Positions 13,191-28,089 of a stretch of 64,000 nt of DNA are shown one piece after another. Where the stretch lies: contig NOWV01000016.1 in NCBI GenBank assembly GCA_003344405.1, forward strand, positions 620,001 through 684,000, in the 5' to 3' direction. Positions within the stretch are counted from its first letter, which is position 1. Every line of letters starts with the position of its first letter. The position numbers and the translations under genes were made by a program. The stretch is from Trichoplax sp. H2 (taxonomy: Eukaryota). The notes below the pieces were generated by a model. That model saw only the letters and a list, made by a program, of their open reading frames with translations, ran no database searches and had not been told where the DNA came from.

Positions 13191-16100
13191 TTATACACGG
13201 TGATGTATTTTTATCAATATGCAGTGATTGTAGATTTCAATGAAATGTCAATTTTTCACGTATGCTTTAATAAACGGTAACAATGAAACATGAAAAAGGA
13301 ACCAACAATGCCAAAATAAATTAGCGCATGAAAATCCTTGTGAAATTACCGCTTTCAGTTCACCGTAAAAATGATGTGATAATTAGTATTATATCGTAAT
13401 TATTTAGTCTAGCATGAAATAGAGTTTGAACTAACTGAGAGAGTAGACGTTCGATAATGTGTATGGTAAATAGTCTGGAAGGGTTAGAGCAAAGTTAACT
13501 TTATGTTCCTCATACTGCACCATTGTATCGTAATGCAGCAAAAACAGGAGAGATAAAATATTATGCTCGTTAAAGTATACAATACGATCGGATTTCCCAT
13601 AATCCCATTCTAAGTATTATTTAATAGGCTAGAAATAAAACATTGATCTTTATTTCTTGATAACAAACTTGTAATAATGAATTTGCCCAATTTACAACTG
13701 TAACAGTATACTGTTAATTCCTCTTTCCTCGTTAAGAGTCTTAACTTAATTATATCTGTATCTTAATACTGTGGGCGATTAAGCTTTCTCAAGATATTAC
13801 TAGCAGGTAGAGTGTCATAGATAAAAGCAGAAATAATATTTAAAAAAATGATAACTTGTTCATCACCATCATAACATGATGATGGATTAACTCTGAATGA
13901 ACTGTATAAAGTAACTAAAGTAGGATTTTTATTCATCATACAACTATCTTAAAATTTCGGGATTTATCAATTTTAAGTTATTACCAGTAAATTTTATTTA
14001 GAAATAAAGTAAAGGTTTCAAAAATAATACAGCCAATTTTTAATATTACCAAGGCATAAAATCAAATTTGAGACGGTATACAAGTATGTCGGCAATACAG
14101 TTAAACTTACCGAATGGTCCATTACTTTCAGATCAGTTATAACCTTTTCTAGCGCTTTTTTATCCAATCTTTTAAAAAAGTAAGCGTACGTAAGGAAATA
14201 AACTCTGATAATAATGCCTATGCGACCTAACTTTCTCTTCCTTTAACTTATTGTAGCCTGCTACTGTAACATGAAGTCTAAGACATCACTATTTTCTGTA
14301 AATGCTAAATATTGTTATTAATGTTAACCCAAACTGTAACAACCTTCTTACAACTGTACTTTGACATGTCGAACGGTATGTTGTAAGACTACTGTACAAT
14401 CATTTTACATTTTATCCAATATTACATCAACAAGGCTACAGGAAAATCTCATGTAAGATAATCTAGTGCAGCAATCTACAATTCAAGATACCACTTTAAA
14501 AAATTATTATTGCAATTTAATCTTCCAATAGTTACCTTCAGTTCGTACTATTAAGACACGAATGTTAAAAAATGATGCGCCACTGGAATCAAGATAAGGT
14601 ACTAAGTGCAGACTGCTTGAACGTGGCTTATACAGCGTATGATTTATTATTGTTAGAATAACTTGATATGAATTCACGATGAGGTAAGTTATCGGAACAA
14701 CAACATACCAATCATACAGCCAATTTGGTTGGATTAACCGATTTATGTTTGTTTTCCATATACGAAGTAACATTAATAATTTAAGACGTATGCATATCAT
14801 TACAGCCGATGCTACAATAGCGTGAGACGAAGTAATATAAATAATTACACGGTATAATATCTTATTAGTACAACAAAATAGATCCAAATCTCTCATTTGC
14901 TGAACAAGAGATACGCATTGCCGTAACATAATGTAACAACTTAAATATTTGTACATTAACTAATGTTAATCTGTAATTAGAAAAAAGTATAAAATACTTG
15001 ATATTCTCACTTTGTATATGAACTAGTAAAAATGCCGATCCTGATTGTAAAGATTGTCGATTTTAGTAAAGTACAATAAATCTTACAGACTCATAATTTC
15101 GTGCGATGATTAAAATGGATCTATTTTATGAAGAAATTATTCAAACTAGATCATACAGTATTACATAATCATCAATAATTCGATTTGAGGCTACTATTCC
15201 TTATGTATGAATGGTTCATCCGGATAACATTTCTGTACTTTATATTAGATTAGTAATTAAAACAATCCCATCATGTTAAGTTAAGTTCATAATAGTAATT
15301 TCATAATTTTAAAATGATTTACCCAATGTTTCTTCGTGATGAACGATTTTAATTTATTAACGCTTCATACATCATCTATGAATCGTATTAACTTAAAATT
15401 GTGGTTGTATTTCATGGCTATTGGTGAATACTTTTGCATAGTCATGATTCTAATTCTACGAATTATCGCTAACCATTGCTCTAGTACTAGGCAGTTGTTG
15501 CAAGCGCCATACAGATTTTTGTCAGACTATAGAAAGCTAACATTTAATTAATGCGGTTGTACTAGCAAATAAAATTTATGGAATTTGAGCATAAAATCCT
15601 ATCAGCTATATCTGCATTTCTATTAAAAAAGTCGTTTATTAACAATAAAGCTTTCATTTGTATAACTTCCAGGATAAGAATTTGTAAAATCTTGGCAAAA
15701 GAGCTATATCGTTAACGACAAACATACAACTGTACATGACCAAAAATCCACGCCGTAGTTTGAATATAGCTTTAGTAGTCACTTATCTAACAATTTATGT
15801 TTTAGCGATATGAATAAGATTACATAAATATTCGAACAAGAGTTAATGTACAATGTCACAACGGTGACGATCCAAATTTATACAGTTTTGCAAAATTTTT
15901 AAAGCTATACTATGTCAAATCATAGAATGATGCCGTTATCGTCAATGCTTTTCATACCATAACTTAATAGCACAACCATCCGCATAATGGAAATTACTGC
16001 AGAAAAAAACATATGGATCTACATTTCTAACCATCTCTAACTGATTTACACTCTTATTATTTAATACGAGCAAAACAATAAAGATTTTTCGCAGTTGGAT

Positions 16101-16471
16101 ATCTAATCCAAGGGGATTGAACATTGGAGATCATCCTCAGTCCAAATCACTAATATAAATTAACAATACGCACAACGTTTCGTGCTTATTTTGTTGTGAT
16201 TAACTTTGTCATACTTCGTCATGATGTAAAAATAAGAAAATAATCAAGAAATTACTTTCAATCATCAATTCTGAATGATGTACATCGATTTGCAAATTTT
16301 GTTATATTCGCATTTAAATTGTACTTCTTGTAATATAAGGTTAACAGTAAGAATTCCTTTACCATCATGCAGTCAAACTGTATCTGTCATTAATAATTTA
16401 ATTATTAAAATCAACTACTTAAGTCTACAGAAATATTAACATCTCGATATTTTACTCGATCAAAGTTATGG

Positions 16472-19401
16472 CTAGGAGCCACCGAAATCATCATAAAGAT
16501 TTTTTGCTTCTAATTTTCTTTTCTTACGAGCTTGCATATCTTCCTGCCTCATTAACGCCTCACGACTAAAAATCTCTTCTTGGCTCTTTTCGGTATAAGT
16601 AGCTATTAATCTTTCAAGGGCTGTAGCGTAAACAGTTTGTGAAGGTATTATAAAAGGAGATATCTGTAAAGAGATGTCAAGTATACCATCAATTTTCTTC
16701 AATAGTAATCACGATATTATCTACATACAGTTCGGGCGAACTGTACAGAAATATTCACATATATAAAACACGCCATGTGCATTAGCAGATATTCTACCTA
16801 TTGGGTATATTGCATAGTACTTACAATTAAGGTCGTTAGTAATTCCGGTAATGTTAATGGTTTCAAGATATCTGTAGGTTTGCTACAAGCTAGAGATTGT
16901 GCAACATCTGCTTCCATGGTTGCAACGGTACTATAACTCGATCTTAAAAAGTAAATAGCAGATTAGCATTATCATAATTCAAAAATGTAATCTAACCATA
17001 CAGGTATAACAATACTATTAAATGTATAAAATAAGTTTCATAATAATAGCGACTACATAATTAAGAGCATAGATGACGCGAATTTGGAATAAAATAACTT
17101 CTTTTCAATCGCTGACGTGCCAGTGAATGTAGTAAAGCTAAACAATGGACATTTGATGACACATTACAAGACCAATATACTGCAGGCGATAACTAAAAAG
17201 TGGGATTTTATCACGTCAACAGAGTTTCAATACACGCCTTTCAGACTAAGTTTAATTTTATCGGATATTATTTTTTTGATACAAACCTTGGAATTTTACC
17301 AATATTATTTCGTAGTAAGGGATTACCACTACTAGAGCCCATGTTATATTGAAAGCGGCCATCAGTCAGCGAATAAGATGTTCGCCGAGACAAACTTGCA
17401 GAAATGATATTCTTTAAATGGTTCTATATATTCGTATGTAATAAATATGACCGTAGTTAATGCATGAACTTTGATAATATTGATAAGTTACGTAGAACTG
17501 GATCAACATCATTAGATTCTGATCCATCATTACAAGAGCATAACTCACTTCAAGTGCTACCATCACACACTCAGCAATATCATCTGATATCGAATCTAAG
17601 CCATTCTCCCATGAAGTAACAGAAATTCTAAAATGCAAAGCTGCTAAATTTGGTAGCATATGAGTTCTGCTACATAGCCAGAGATCCCCTTCATTTACTT
17701 TATTCTTTGCCGCTAGTAAAATACATCGTTATTTGAATTAGGTAATGGACTTGGTATCATTGCAAAGGTAAGGTTTGTTCGTACCATATTACACACATTT
17801 AAAATAACAGCAATAGTATTAATTCAATAATAGTATCAAACTTTATGTATGTATTAGCGAAAAGGGATACAACCTCAGCAAAATAAGATACTACTTTTTC
17901 ACTCTTTACCTTGCTATATCGGTAATCCGAATAAAGAGGAGTGGAAGTTAATTCATATGAGTTAGTTGTCTGTTATTTAGTATTGAGGAAGACATAAGTA
18001 TAAATGACTTACAGTATGATCCAAGGAAGTTGCATCCCGTAAGGCAGAAACAGGTTGGAAATGATTCTAGCAAAAAAATTTTTTTGCTCATTAGGTCTAT
18101 ATCATTTACGAAAACTATGAAATACTTTTTTACTAATATAGTGCGTTAAATTTCATCGATCAATGCTTGTTCGATCATTACCGTAGAAACGAAAGTATCT
18201 TGATCAAAAGACTCTGAGTCACTGATTTCCTCTTTTGGACATTCAGTACGGACTTCATTTTGGCTACTAGAGCGTTGCCTAGGCAAGGAGACTTTGGAAT
18301 CTAACGATAAAATAAGATTGCACTTAATAAATTGCGCTGTTCGTTTGCTGAAATTCGTCATAGGAGAAGTTGTTTATCGATCAACCTACATTTTACAGTT
18401 CCAATCATTTGGCTTTTATAAAGTATAGCAAGGATAAATTCATTGTGTTTGTGTACTAGCAGAAAAAAAATATTAATTTCAAATGGTAGCATTGACTCTC
18501 TCTGTTATCGCCAATAGCAGCGAAACTGGACACGCATCTTGATCGATGCGTTTAAAGCATGGGGCTATCATGTACATTTTTCTCTCATCTTACCACATCT
18601 AGCACCAAGTAATTCCCGAGCCTTCATATCAAATTCGCTCTTTTTGATCTAATTATAAACAACGTATTGGTACAAGTGATTATCATATTGTCAAAAAGTA
18701 ATTAAAGGCAAAATCTTGGATGATGATTATGCAATAGGCATACAGTATTCAACAGGACGCTAATGCCTAATATCATCATGACCACTGTTGGTAATTGTAT
18801 TGATTTTACTCACCATTCCTTTAAACCACTGTTTTAAGTTACTCCAATACCTGCCAATTAAGAATAGATCACAATGATGGCAATATAATACAACGGATTA
18901 AAGTTAGCATCCAACTACGATACCTACAGTACTGTCAATGATCAATAGCAACGTTGACATTTTAAAGAAAGAAATGAAGAGCAATTGCATTGATATTTGT
19001 GTGAATTATATTGCCAGCTAAGTTCAATTGAATAACGAGCTAAATTCACTGAGATACGACTTCATTTTGATCAGTGCATGCTTTATCGTAGACTTTGTAG
19101 TAGTCTATCGCTTTAGACTGCTTTCGATCACTCAATTGACGTAGAGTAGGTGCTAATAGTGAACATTTTGGGCAGAATAAGATGCATCCGCAAACATAAG
19201 AAATCGACCCCATAATGTATATAACTGTAGGTAAACATATTAGAATTATCAGCAGAACCAATTGAATGTCATTTCAATGACTGTTGTTGTTACATCAATT
19301 TATCCATACTCTGATTCCGAGTCACCAAGTGATTCCGTAAGCTGTTTCTTGGCATATTGTAAGGCAGCAGTAGCTGCAAGCAGGGAGGTATTGGACGCCA
19401 T
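16472..19401 (-). CDS. TADA1: Transcriptional adapter 1 (SAGA subunit), about 10 exons
   Basis: Exons encode MASNTSLLAATAALQYAKKQLTESLG, YWSNLKQWFKGM, IKKSEFDMKARELLG, HKHNEFILAIL, NHFQPVS, LWLCSRTHMLPNLAALHFRISVTSWENGLDSISDDIAECVMVALE, NHLKNIISASLSRR, AQSLACS and IIPSQTVYATALERLI, collinear with TADA1. An alternative in-frame ATG lies at 19410. Confidence 0.9.
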
Positions 19402-20245
19402 TTTTTCCATGGATGTTGAGCAAGATCTACAGTAGTCCTATATTATGACTGTTCAGGAGATGATTGAGCAAGGACTACTGAAAATGAATGCCTAAGCCTA
19501 GCAATTACCATACCAACGGGACCGGACCGGAACGGACCGGACCGGACTGCCAACCCCATGCAGTGCTCGCTGGACATTTGGTGCTTTGCAGTTACTGTGT
19601 ACAGTACCATGAATTGCATCCGACTACAGTTAGCAGTACAGTAGAGAGCCGAGTGCATATGGTTGGTCATTTGACTGTATCCAAAGACTGGTAATGAACA
19701 CAGTACTGTGCGCAACTTGATATAGCATAGGTCAAACGGCCAGTCAGCCTGCACATTTTTGCTAATGAACAGTTATTAACGGCCTCTCTCTTTCTACTGT
19801 AGTGTGTTGAGTGATCCCTGAGACCTCTTTTTTTTTTTTTCCAATTTTGACGTACAGTACAATATGTCTTCAAAGAAAGAGAGCAAGACTGCCAACCACT
19901 GCTCTTTGCCCAAAATGTGCAGGCTGACTACTTGATAGGTCATTGGACTGTATCGCAAGACCGGAACCGTACACTGTACAGTGGCGTTTGCAATAAACTA
20001 GGAGGGCCTGCTTTGGAATGCATCTGCCCGGTACAGTGTACAGTGTACGGTGTACAGTGTACAGTGTACAGTACCGTAAGCACAGTCGGACGGTAACCGT
20101 GATTTTTCGTCTCTCCACGACACTGATATTACCGGACTACAGTACTGTCACCAATACCATGACTATACGATAAAGCAAAAAGCCTTGCAGTGGGACTGCA
20201 TGAACATGCAATGTGCAGTACTGTACAGTACACTACGAGTGTGGA

Positions 20246-20928
20246 GTTCTGTATGAACGACCAACACAAGATCGTGTCTCTTCTATCGTTGACCGGAACA
20301 GTTAGTTGAGGTGCTTAGGTGAGGTGAGGTGCACTGTACACTGTACAGTTCTGTATGAACGACCAACAAGATCGTGTCTCCTCTATCGTTGACCAGAACA
20401 GTCAGTTGAGGTGCTTCGGTGAGGTGAGGTGCACTGTACAGTACTGTACTGTATGAACAACCAACACAAGATCGTGTCTCCTCTATCGTTGACCAGAACA
20501 GTCAGTTGAGGTGCTTAGGTGAGGTGAGGTGCATTGTACTGTACTGTATGAACGACCAACACAAGATCGTGTCTCCTCTATCGTTGACCAGAACAGTCAG
20601 TGGAGGTGCTTAGGTGAGGTGAGGTGCATTGTACTGTACTGTACAAGTGTACAGTTCTGTATGAACGACTAACAAGATCGTGTCTCCTCTATCGTTGACC
20701 AGAACAGTCAGTTGAGGTGCTGAGGTGAGGTGAGGTACACTGTACACTGTACTGTACAGTTCTGTACGAACGACCACCACAAAATCGTGTCTCTTCTATC
20801 GTTGACCATGACAGTCAGTTGAGATGCTGAAGTGAGGTGAGGTACGCTGTACACCGTACAGTTCTGTACGAACGACCACCACAAGATCGTGTCTCTTGAC
20901 GTTGACATGACAGTCAGTTGAGGTGCTT
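20246..20928. repeat. Minisatellite, ~7 copies of a ~100-bp unit, between the divergent TADA1 and TEX264-A starts
   Basis: Unit GTTCTGTATGAACGACCAACACAAGATCGTGTCTCYTCTATCGTTGACCAGAACAGTCAGTTGAGGTGCTTAGGTGAGGTGAGGTGCA plus a variable (CTGTA)n spacer. Confidence 0.95.
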
Positions 20929-21110
20929 GACCTGACTTGCGCGATTCAAAATTTTTCCAAAATTCAATCGTATATAGTAGCTGCTTGGTAATTAGGGGGT
21001 CCGCCATTGATCAATTGAAGCATCTTTTACTCTCCTTCTTGTAAATTCCATCCGATTATTACTTGGATCAATTTTTGGTGTTAGTTGTGCCCGACACCTG
21101 CATTACCTCC

Positions 21111-22644
21111 ATGACGATTACTCAGTTTCTGCTCATCGTCATCTTGTCGATAGCAATATGCTTTTACATTTATCTCATCTTTTGTGGACTCTATCGAACT
21201 GTTATCATTGAAAGAAATAAACTATCCCTGTTAGCTAATCCAACCAATATGGTATATAAATTTATCCGTGGACCGCATAAAGAATGGCATAAAGCTTTCA
21301 ATCAGCTTACTAAAATGCAAGCTAATTGTAAGAGTTTTGGAATATTTTATGACAACCCTCAAGAGGTACAAACCAATTTTTTTCGATCGTTTCTTGCATT
21401 TGAACCGTAGAACAGTATTTATAGAGAAGCTTAATAGAAAACGTACAACGTACAGTACTCGTATAGCGATAAAATGAGATTAGAATTGAACAAACTGAAT
21501 TACTTCTATTACTATTGTGCTACCACAACGTACTGTAGATTAGACGAGAATTTCACCACATAGGTGTTTACGATGTCAGTTTTAATGGCAATTACTGTAC
21601 TTGTCTCATCCAGTGGCGACGCTTCTATTGAAGTAATAAAATAAATAAATATTCAAGTAAAAAGAAAATAGTACGCCTTTGCCTGATCGGTATTGTACAG
21701 TACTGCAAATGATCAAGGCAGGCTTGCTTAGTATAAATTTGTTTTTATTTGCATCAGAGTTTAGAATCAAATACAGACTATTTCTTAATACGTGTATACC
21801 TGACATCAATACCGATAATTAGAATTGAAACTCTAAATAATGTTCATACTAGATGGCAGTTCATCTCCAAATTGCAATTACGACTAGTGATTTCTGTTTA
21901 TTTGCATGCGCACGCACAATGTCCTTCCTATCAAGCCTTGAATTAAATTAGTGTTGTTGTATCTTTGTATGGAGTAATGTATTACGGTAATAATTAAATT
22001 ATACCTTAAATCGATTGTATGCCGAAAAGGAGCGCACTTAGTATATGATTCGAGCTGCACCAAGAGTCACTTTCAGTAGAACATAGCTTATGGCCTTCAT
22101 GATAATCATTGTTATTCATACATTTCTTAATTTGTATACCAATAATAGGTTGCTAGTGAAGATTGCAGATCAATTATAGGGATTCTAACGGATGACAATG
22201 AAATTGATAATGAAATTATGGATAAACTCATAGATGGTGGATATTTGAAAGGCTCCTTTCCTTCTATCCAATCTGCTGTTTACGTCAAATTTCCAATAAA
22301 TAACTATGTATCGGTCATATTGGGTATCAGAAAAATCTATCCTTTAATGAACGCTTACATTCGGGTACATAAACGCATTTTATAAGATGCTTATGTAATA
22401 CATGATTGCTTTTATGCGTACACCTAGGAAGTAATGCTAGCTACTGCTATCACTACCAAGAAATAGATGCTAAAATACTAATACTATCTTTTATTTCTAT
22501 ACATTGCAGCAATTCAAGTTAAATGCATATCCGTTTATAGAATTCTATGATAAAAATAATCTATACATTGCCACACCGCTGGATAATCAAGATAAATTTT
22601 ACGTCCCTGAATATCATCAGACTGGACAGAAAAAAGACGACTAG
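21111..22644 (+). CDS. TEX264: TEX264-like protein A (N-terminal TM anchor plus GyrI-like domain), 201 aa; exons 21111-21365, 22149-22364, 22510-22644
   Basis: Hydrophobic N-terminus, then VYKFIRGPH, GIFYDNPQEVASEDCRSIIG, VKFP...KIYPLMNAYIR, AYPFIEFY and FYVPE, typical TEX264 motifs. Two phase-0 GT-AG introns. Confidence 0.85.
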
Positions 22645-24105
22645 AAGATCCAATTTTCTCTTTAATTTTTTGCCTCATTGTACTGTACATTGTTATTATA
22701 AAATATGCAATTTATATTCCAGTTAAAATTTGTAATAGCTAAACGGGATGTAAGTATTACCATATCGAATATACGCGTATATTGCATTGACTTGCAATGG
22801 CGTTAAATATTCGATATACATCTATACCACATTAAATGTTTTCAGGAATAAATTCATGTACCTATGAAGTATAGTAGTAAAATACTATTGTAGCTATTAT
22901 GATGAGATCAGTATTTTAATTTTTGCTTTCTTCTATTAATGCAACTAGCCTTTTATATTTCCTAATTGAGTTTATCGAGTACGATATCGATGGTGATTGA
23001 TGTCAAAAAATTGCATTATTTTGCTCTATAACTGCAAATAATATTGTACGAGTATGCAACAAAGCTGAGTATACCTTTATAGTATATACGCGTATATACT
23101 GAATATGGCAAGTGTTTCATGTACAATAATGAAAATAACTTAAAATGTCCCATTACTATTCGATAAATTGGTTTTGATAATAAAATGTATATTATTCTAG
23201 GTAGAATTTAAATTTTCTTACACTGCAATTTATGATACTTAAGACGATTGTCAACTAAAATTCATAATGAAATAAAATTGTGTAAATTAAATATTGAATC
23301 ATTTTGTCGTCTTCTATTTATCATGCAACAAATGGTGTAAAGCCACTATGCGATAATGCTGCAAAGTTTATAAACGTCTAATATCAAATTATACCGCCTA
23401 AGTTTCGCTATTCAATTATACTTATGGGGCGCCCCATTTACAATCCTTCACATCATTTGTTACGAGTATACATACCATGTTATATCCATGTCAGGGATAT
23501 TATTCCTGTTATACAATTATAACTTCGCATCAGCCTTACATCAATAGTGTCATTCACATAATATCCTGAGAAATCAATGAATTGATATATAGACAAGTGC
23601 AAAACTCCAGAAGAAATTGAAAGTAAGAAAATATTTCCTATGATTTATTACTTAATTTCATTATGTTCTGCAATTAGAGTTTCATCTTTACTGAAATGTT
23701 TACCTAGTCACACCGCATGCTTTAGACGTCTTCCAGTGAAATACAGTATTTACGACATCAATAAAAATCAGTATCAACAATAAAATCAATAATTAGTAAA
23801 TAATTTCAATTCCAACCTCTTATCTTAAACTATAAATCACATAGCGTTGGTTTTATCTAGCCACGCATATCGCTGTATTGTTTCTAAAAAGATCTGCCTA
23901 ACTTGCAGTATCATTAAGACGTACCAGATTACTGGCAACAATAAAAATTGCAACAATCGCGATACATTTCTATGCAAATTATAGAATTTCTCATCTAAAA
24001 TCTATAAGACATAAAGACTTAAATAGCTATATCGTGGATTTAGGAACACATTTGACATCTATTTAGGGATTTAATATTAAAAAAATTTTTGCTATTCATT
24101 AATAT

Positions 24106-27100
24106 CTAGTGATATCGGCCAGAACCAATAGCAAAGCTAGTAGATCCTTTCTCACAACATAACTCAAATGAAGCCAAGCAGATAAGGAGCTCAAATAAGC
24201 CAACTGCAATAGTAGCAGCGTTAATCAATAGCAGATCGTGTTTCATAACGCAATCGCTTGAATTACCAATAAAAGCAATTAAGTCGACATACAAGTAGTA
24301 GGAACCTAATGACACCGCAGCGGCTGAAATGACGATTGTTACCGAAATACAAATCCAGTGTATGATTGTCTGGTAAGAATGAAATTATTCATTAATATAA
24401 AGTAAATATCTTGTTTAAACAAAAATGCATGCATTTCATTATCTAACAGTATTTGATATTCTAGTCCTCTTATATATTTTTAGAATATTGACGATAAATT
24501 TGATACCGAATGAACAAAATAGAAATCATAAGCTATCAAGTATTGTTAGGAAAATTACCAAGTATTTGTTGGCTGACTCACGAAGCAGCAAATGGGTTAT
24601 GTGGAAAATGCCTGCTAACAATGCCTAGATAAAAATATTGAAAAATTTCACAGATTAGCATGAATATCGATCAATCACAGCTATATCTTTTATCAATGAT
24701 ATCGAAAGAATGCGCCTTCTAATGCAATATGATCGTGAAATCTCAATATTTATAGTTTCGATTCTAAAAATTGTAATTTTATAAGGTACATCAAATTAAA
24801 AACTATCTAAGATCCATTTGCGTAGTAGATTGCTATTCTAGTTTGCGTTGCAATCTTTAATTTGACCATTCAGTGGTGCAATATACTGTAGACCTTCATT
24901 ATTAATCTACCATAAATTTAATTGCTAATTGCAATACCGATAACATTAAGCAGTTCGTGTTACGTCTTCTCTCCTTTATATATTGTATGTAACCTTTTGC
25001 GCGCACATACACGCACTATTACAAATAAATACAGTTATACGTATATACCACGAAACAGGGTTTCGAGGTGATTTTGTTAATATAATTCTATTGAGCTTTC
25101 ACTATAATAATTTCTCTTTATTATGCGTTTGGATTGATTTCTATACTAATTATTGTTTTGACATGTTTAGGTGTATATTTTTTATGTCTAGCGCAATGCG
25201 ATCCTAATATTTAACATATTTTCATGATAATGATGCACCCTATATATACGCTTTTGGATTGAAGTGACTGTTCTGAAGAAGTTGATTACGGAGAATTTAG
25301 TACGTGCTCTCATTTTTGGTCGTTTGATATAGTCGCTACAATAAAGTACTGCTGATATTAGTAAGAGGTTTTTGTGAATGTTCTTGAGAAATATTTATCG
25401 CATTTTTATTGGCAGTTCTCTCTCTATGTATTTATATATGTTATATACAATTTCCATGAGTGACAGTATATGACGTAATTTACTACAGTACTGTATAACT
25501 AGTTATTATTGAATAGTACTAACAAACTAGTGATCCGGACGGCAAATGTTTAATCTAGTACCTTATTAAATTCATATTTATTAATACTCACAAAGTCCTA
25601 TTGAAACCCTCATATTATGTTATTAGCCCAGCCTTAAAAACTAGTGTACACAACAATATAAAAGAATACTATACAACTATTGTATGTAGTCATACGTCAA
25701 GCACTGCATCGTCTATGCACGTAATAAACTATGATGTTGCTTGGCTCTATCATTAATTGTAATTTACACTTATTATCGAGACATATGCTTGTAATGCATG
25801 ATAGAAAAAAATTTTAAAGTAATTTAAAATAACAAATGGAATGATGTAAATTCGAGGTAAATAAATATCCAAAGTTCGTATTACTATGTAAAAAGGGTGA
25901 CGACACGTAAGATAAAAAATATTAGTTTCAGAATTTAACATTTTCAGTAATTATAATCAAAGGCAGTATCATTATTCTATTTCAACCATGGAACAGTTTT
26001 ATAAAGTAGAATTGCGTATTTATAAAAAAAATGTTAAATGAAGAAAGTTCAACATCAAATCAGGCGCTTTACACGTACCCATTAATAAATAACTAATACT
26101 ACGAATTCTAATCACTTTTGCAAATATGCTTTTGAAGAGATCGGCAGAAAATGATCTGCTACTTTTAATGCATTTCTTATAATTTATTAAGTAACTCTTT
26201 CGCATTATCCATTATTACTGCTAGAAAATTTTTCCTTCTCGAATAAATAGACATGACCCTGAGTAGTTGTTACGAGTATTTTACCAATTTTAAAATTTTG
26301 ATGTCATGCACTATGCATTCATTGAAAGTAGGTACGTATAGTTTCATTAGTCCATTAGATTCTTATGCATATTACTGTCTCATGATTCAATCGTCTTTCA
26401 ATTTTCAGGCTTTGATAAAATCATGCAGTCGTACTATGAATAGAGATGATATCTTTACCGAAAATCATTGTATATATTAAATACTGATTTAAAGTTGAGC
26501 ATAAATATAACATAATATCGCTAAATATACTCTATGAACGATAGAATGCTGAGAAAGTGATGACGCATGACGTCTAGCGAAGGCTATTAATTCTATAATA
26601 TGTATATGCGCCCATAGAGTCGAATGGTATATCGAGAGACAATTTCTTTCTTAAAGAAGAGCGTAAAATCTCGAGCTACCTTACATGATGTTTACAATAA
26701 CATTGACCGTTTTTACTGAAATCAGGTCTCATGAAAATACAGCTAGTAGTGGTAATTAAAAAAAAAATTGAAAGTTTCTATCATATAACACCGCTTTACA
26801 GAGTCGGTGTTTAACCGCAAGAAGAAAAGTAAAAAAAGCCAGTCAAGAAGCTTGTAAAATGAACAATACACTATCGCCTTGTTACATCTCCAGTAGTAAA
26901 GTTTAAAATGTGAGATTAATATTATTTCCGTTAGGGTTGATCAGTGTTTCATGCTTATATCATCAGTGAAAACATCAAGTTATTACCCAATCTTCAGTGC
27001 AATGAAAAATGTTGCAACTATGATCAGTTATCACAACGGCTTTTTAAGAATCTATCGTTCCAAGGAACGCGGTAGATAAGTGAACATATAGGTATGGACA

Positions 27101-28089
27101 AGTAGCCAAAGGACATGCATAAGTGAAATTATAATTAATTATGACCATAAACTAACATTCGTAAATCATTGCTGTTTATCGAGAAAGGGCTGTACGATTT
27201 TGAATATGGACATGGAAATACTGTAGATGGTGTATTACGCCAAGTAAGCATTGTCGTAGTTGACAATCGAAATAATAACACCTCTCAAATTGCAATCGCA
27301 AAAGAACACATCAATCAACGTGGATATCTATGCGATACTATAATCTAATAACAGAAAGAACAGAAATAAAATGGTAAATTAAAGGATAGATTTATCTTTT
27401 CCCATATCTAATTCGGCACGGTTGCATGTATAGCAGTATTCAATGAGTCGTATCCGTTTATTTCACTATTAGAATGCAGTTGACAAAAAGTACGACATCA
27501 GTACAGTAATTTGATAATGAATTTATCCTTTTAAGCATTAATGTAAAGCAACTAGCCGTCAAAATAGCTCACTACGTTTAGGATAAATCAACATGGATGA
27601 GTATGTGTTTTTTTAATTTAAGTAATGAGTCGATACTTTTCAGATTGATATAATACCAAAGGTTGAATAAACGGATTAATGGCTGAATGTTTAATTAACG
27701 GAAGGGTAGTTTTATAACAAATTAACATATGCCGATGGCTAAAATGCCATTTCGCCATGCTTTCTTTTTTATTTCTTCAATTCTCAGTAAATTGACTCAA
27801 GGCATCAATCTATTTTATCTACTCTCGACTCTCGACTACCCAAACTGTCAAAATAGCAAGAAGCTGCAAACTTTCCATCTCATGAATCAATCATCTATGC
27901 GATATTACATACCGAACCAGCCAGTGCCATTGGAGCGGCTATCACACCTATTTGAAAGATGTCGATGAAGGGCTTACTGGTACATGATGAATTAACAAAT
28001 TGACTACGGAGCATGATACCCAAACAGCCAGCGACACCAGCGAAAGCAGCTGCCACGATATGATACAGACTTAAAGCGTAACTAGCCAT
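24106..28089 (-). CDS. Small four-transmembrane protein (CD20/MS4A/TMEM196-like topology), ~168 aa; exons 27913-28089, 24559-24624, 24106-24369
   Basis: Three phase-0 GT-AG-joined exons give MASYALSLYHIVAAAFAGVAGCLGIML...PMALAGS|ALLAGIFHITHLLL...|TIIHWICISVTIVISAAAVSLG...LLINAATIAVGLFELLICLASFELCC...*. Four hydrophobic segments and a Cys pair after TM4. The family call rests on topology only. Confidence 0.7.

Noticed and set aside
14507-14956. 149-aa minus-strand ORF
   Set aside because: No recognisable domain or splice partners, and the composition is typical of AT-rich non-coding DNA.
20246-20928. CRISPR-like array
   Set aside because: Eukaryotic context; the spacers are microsatellite variants rather than unique sequences, and there are no cas genes.
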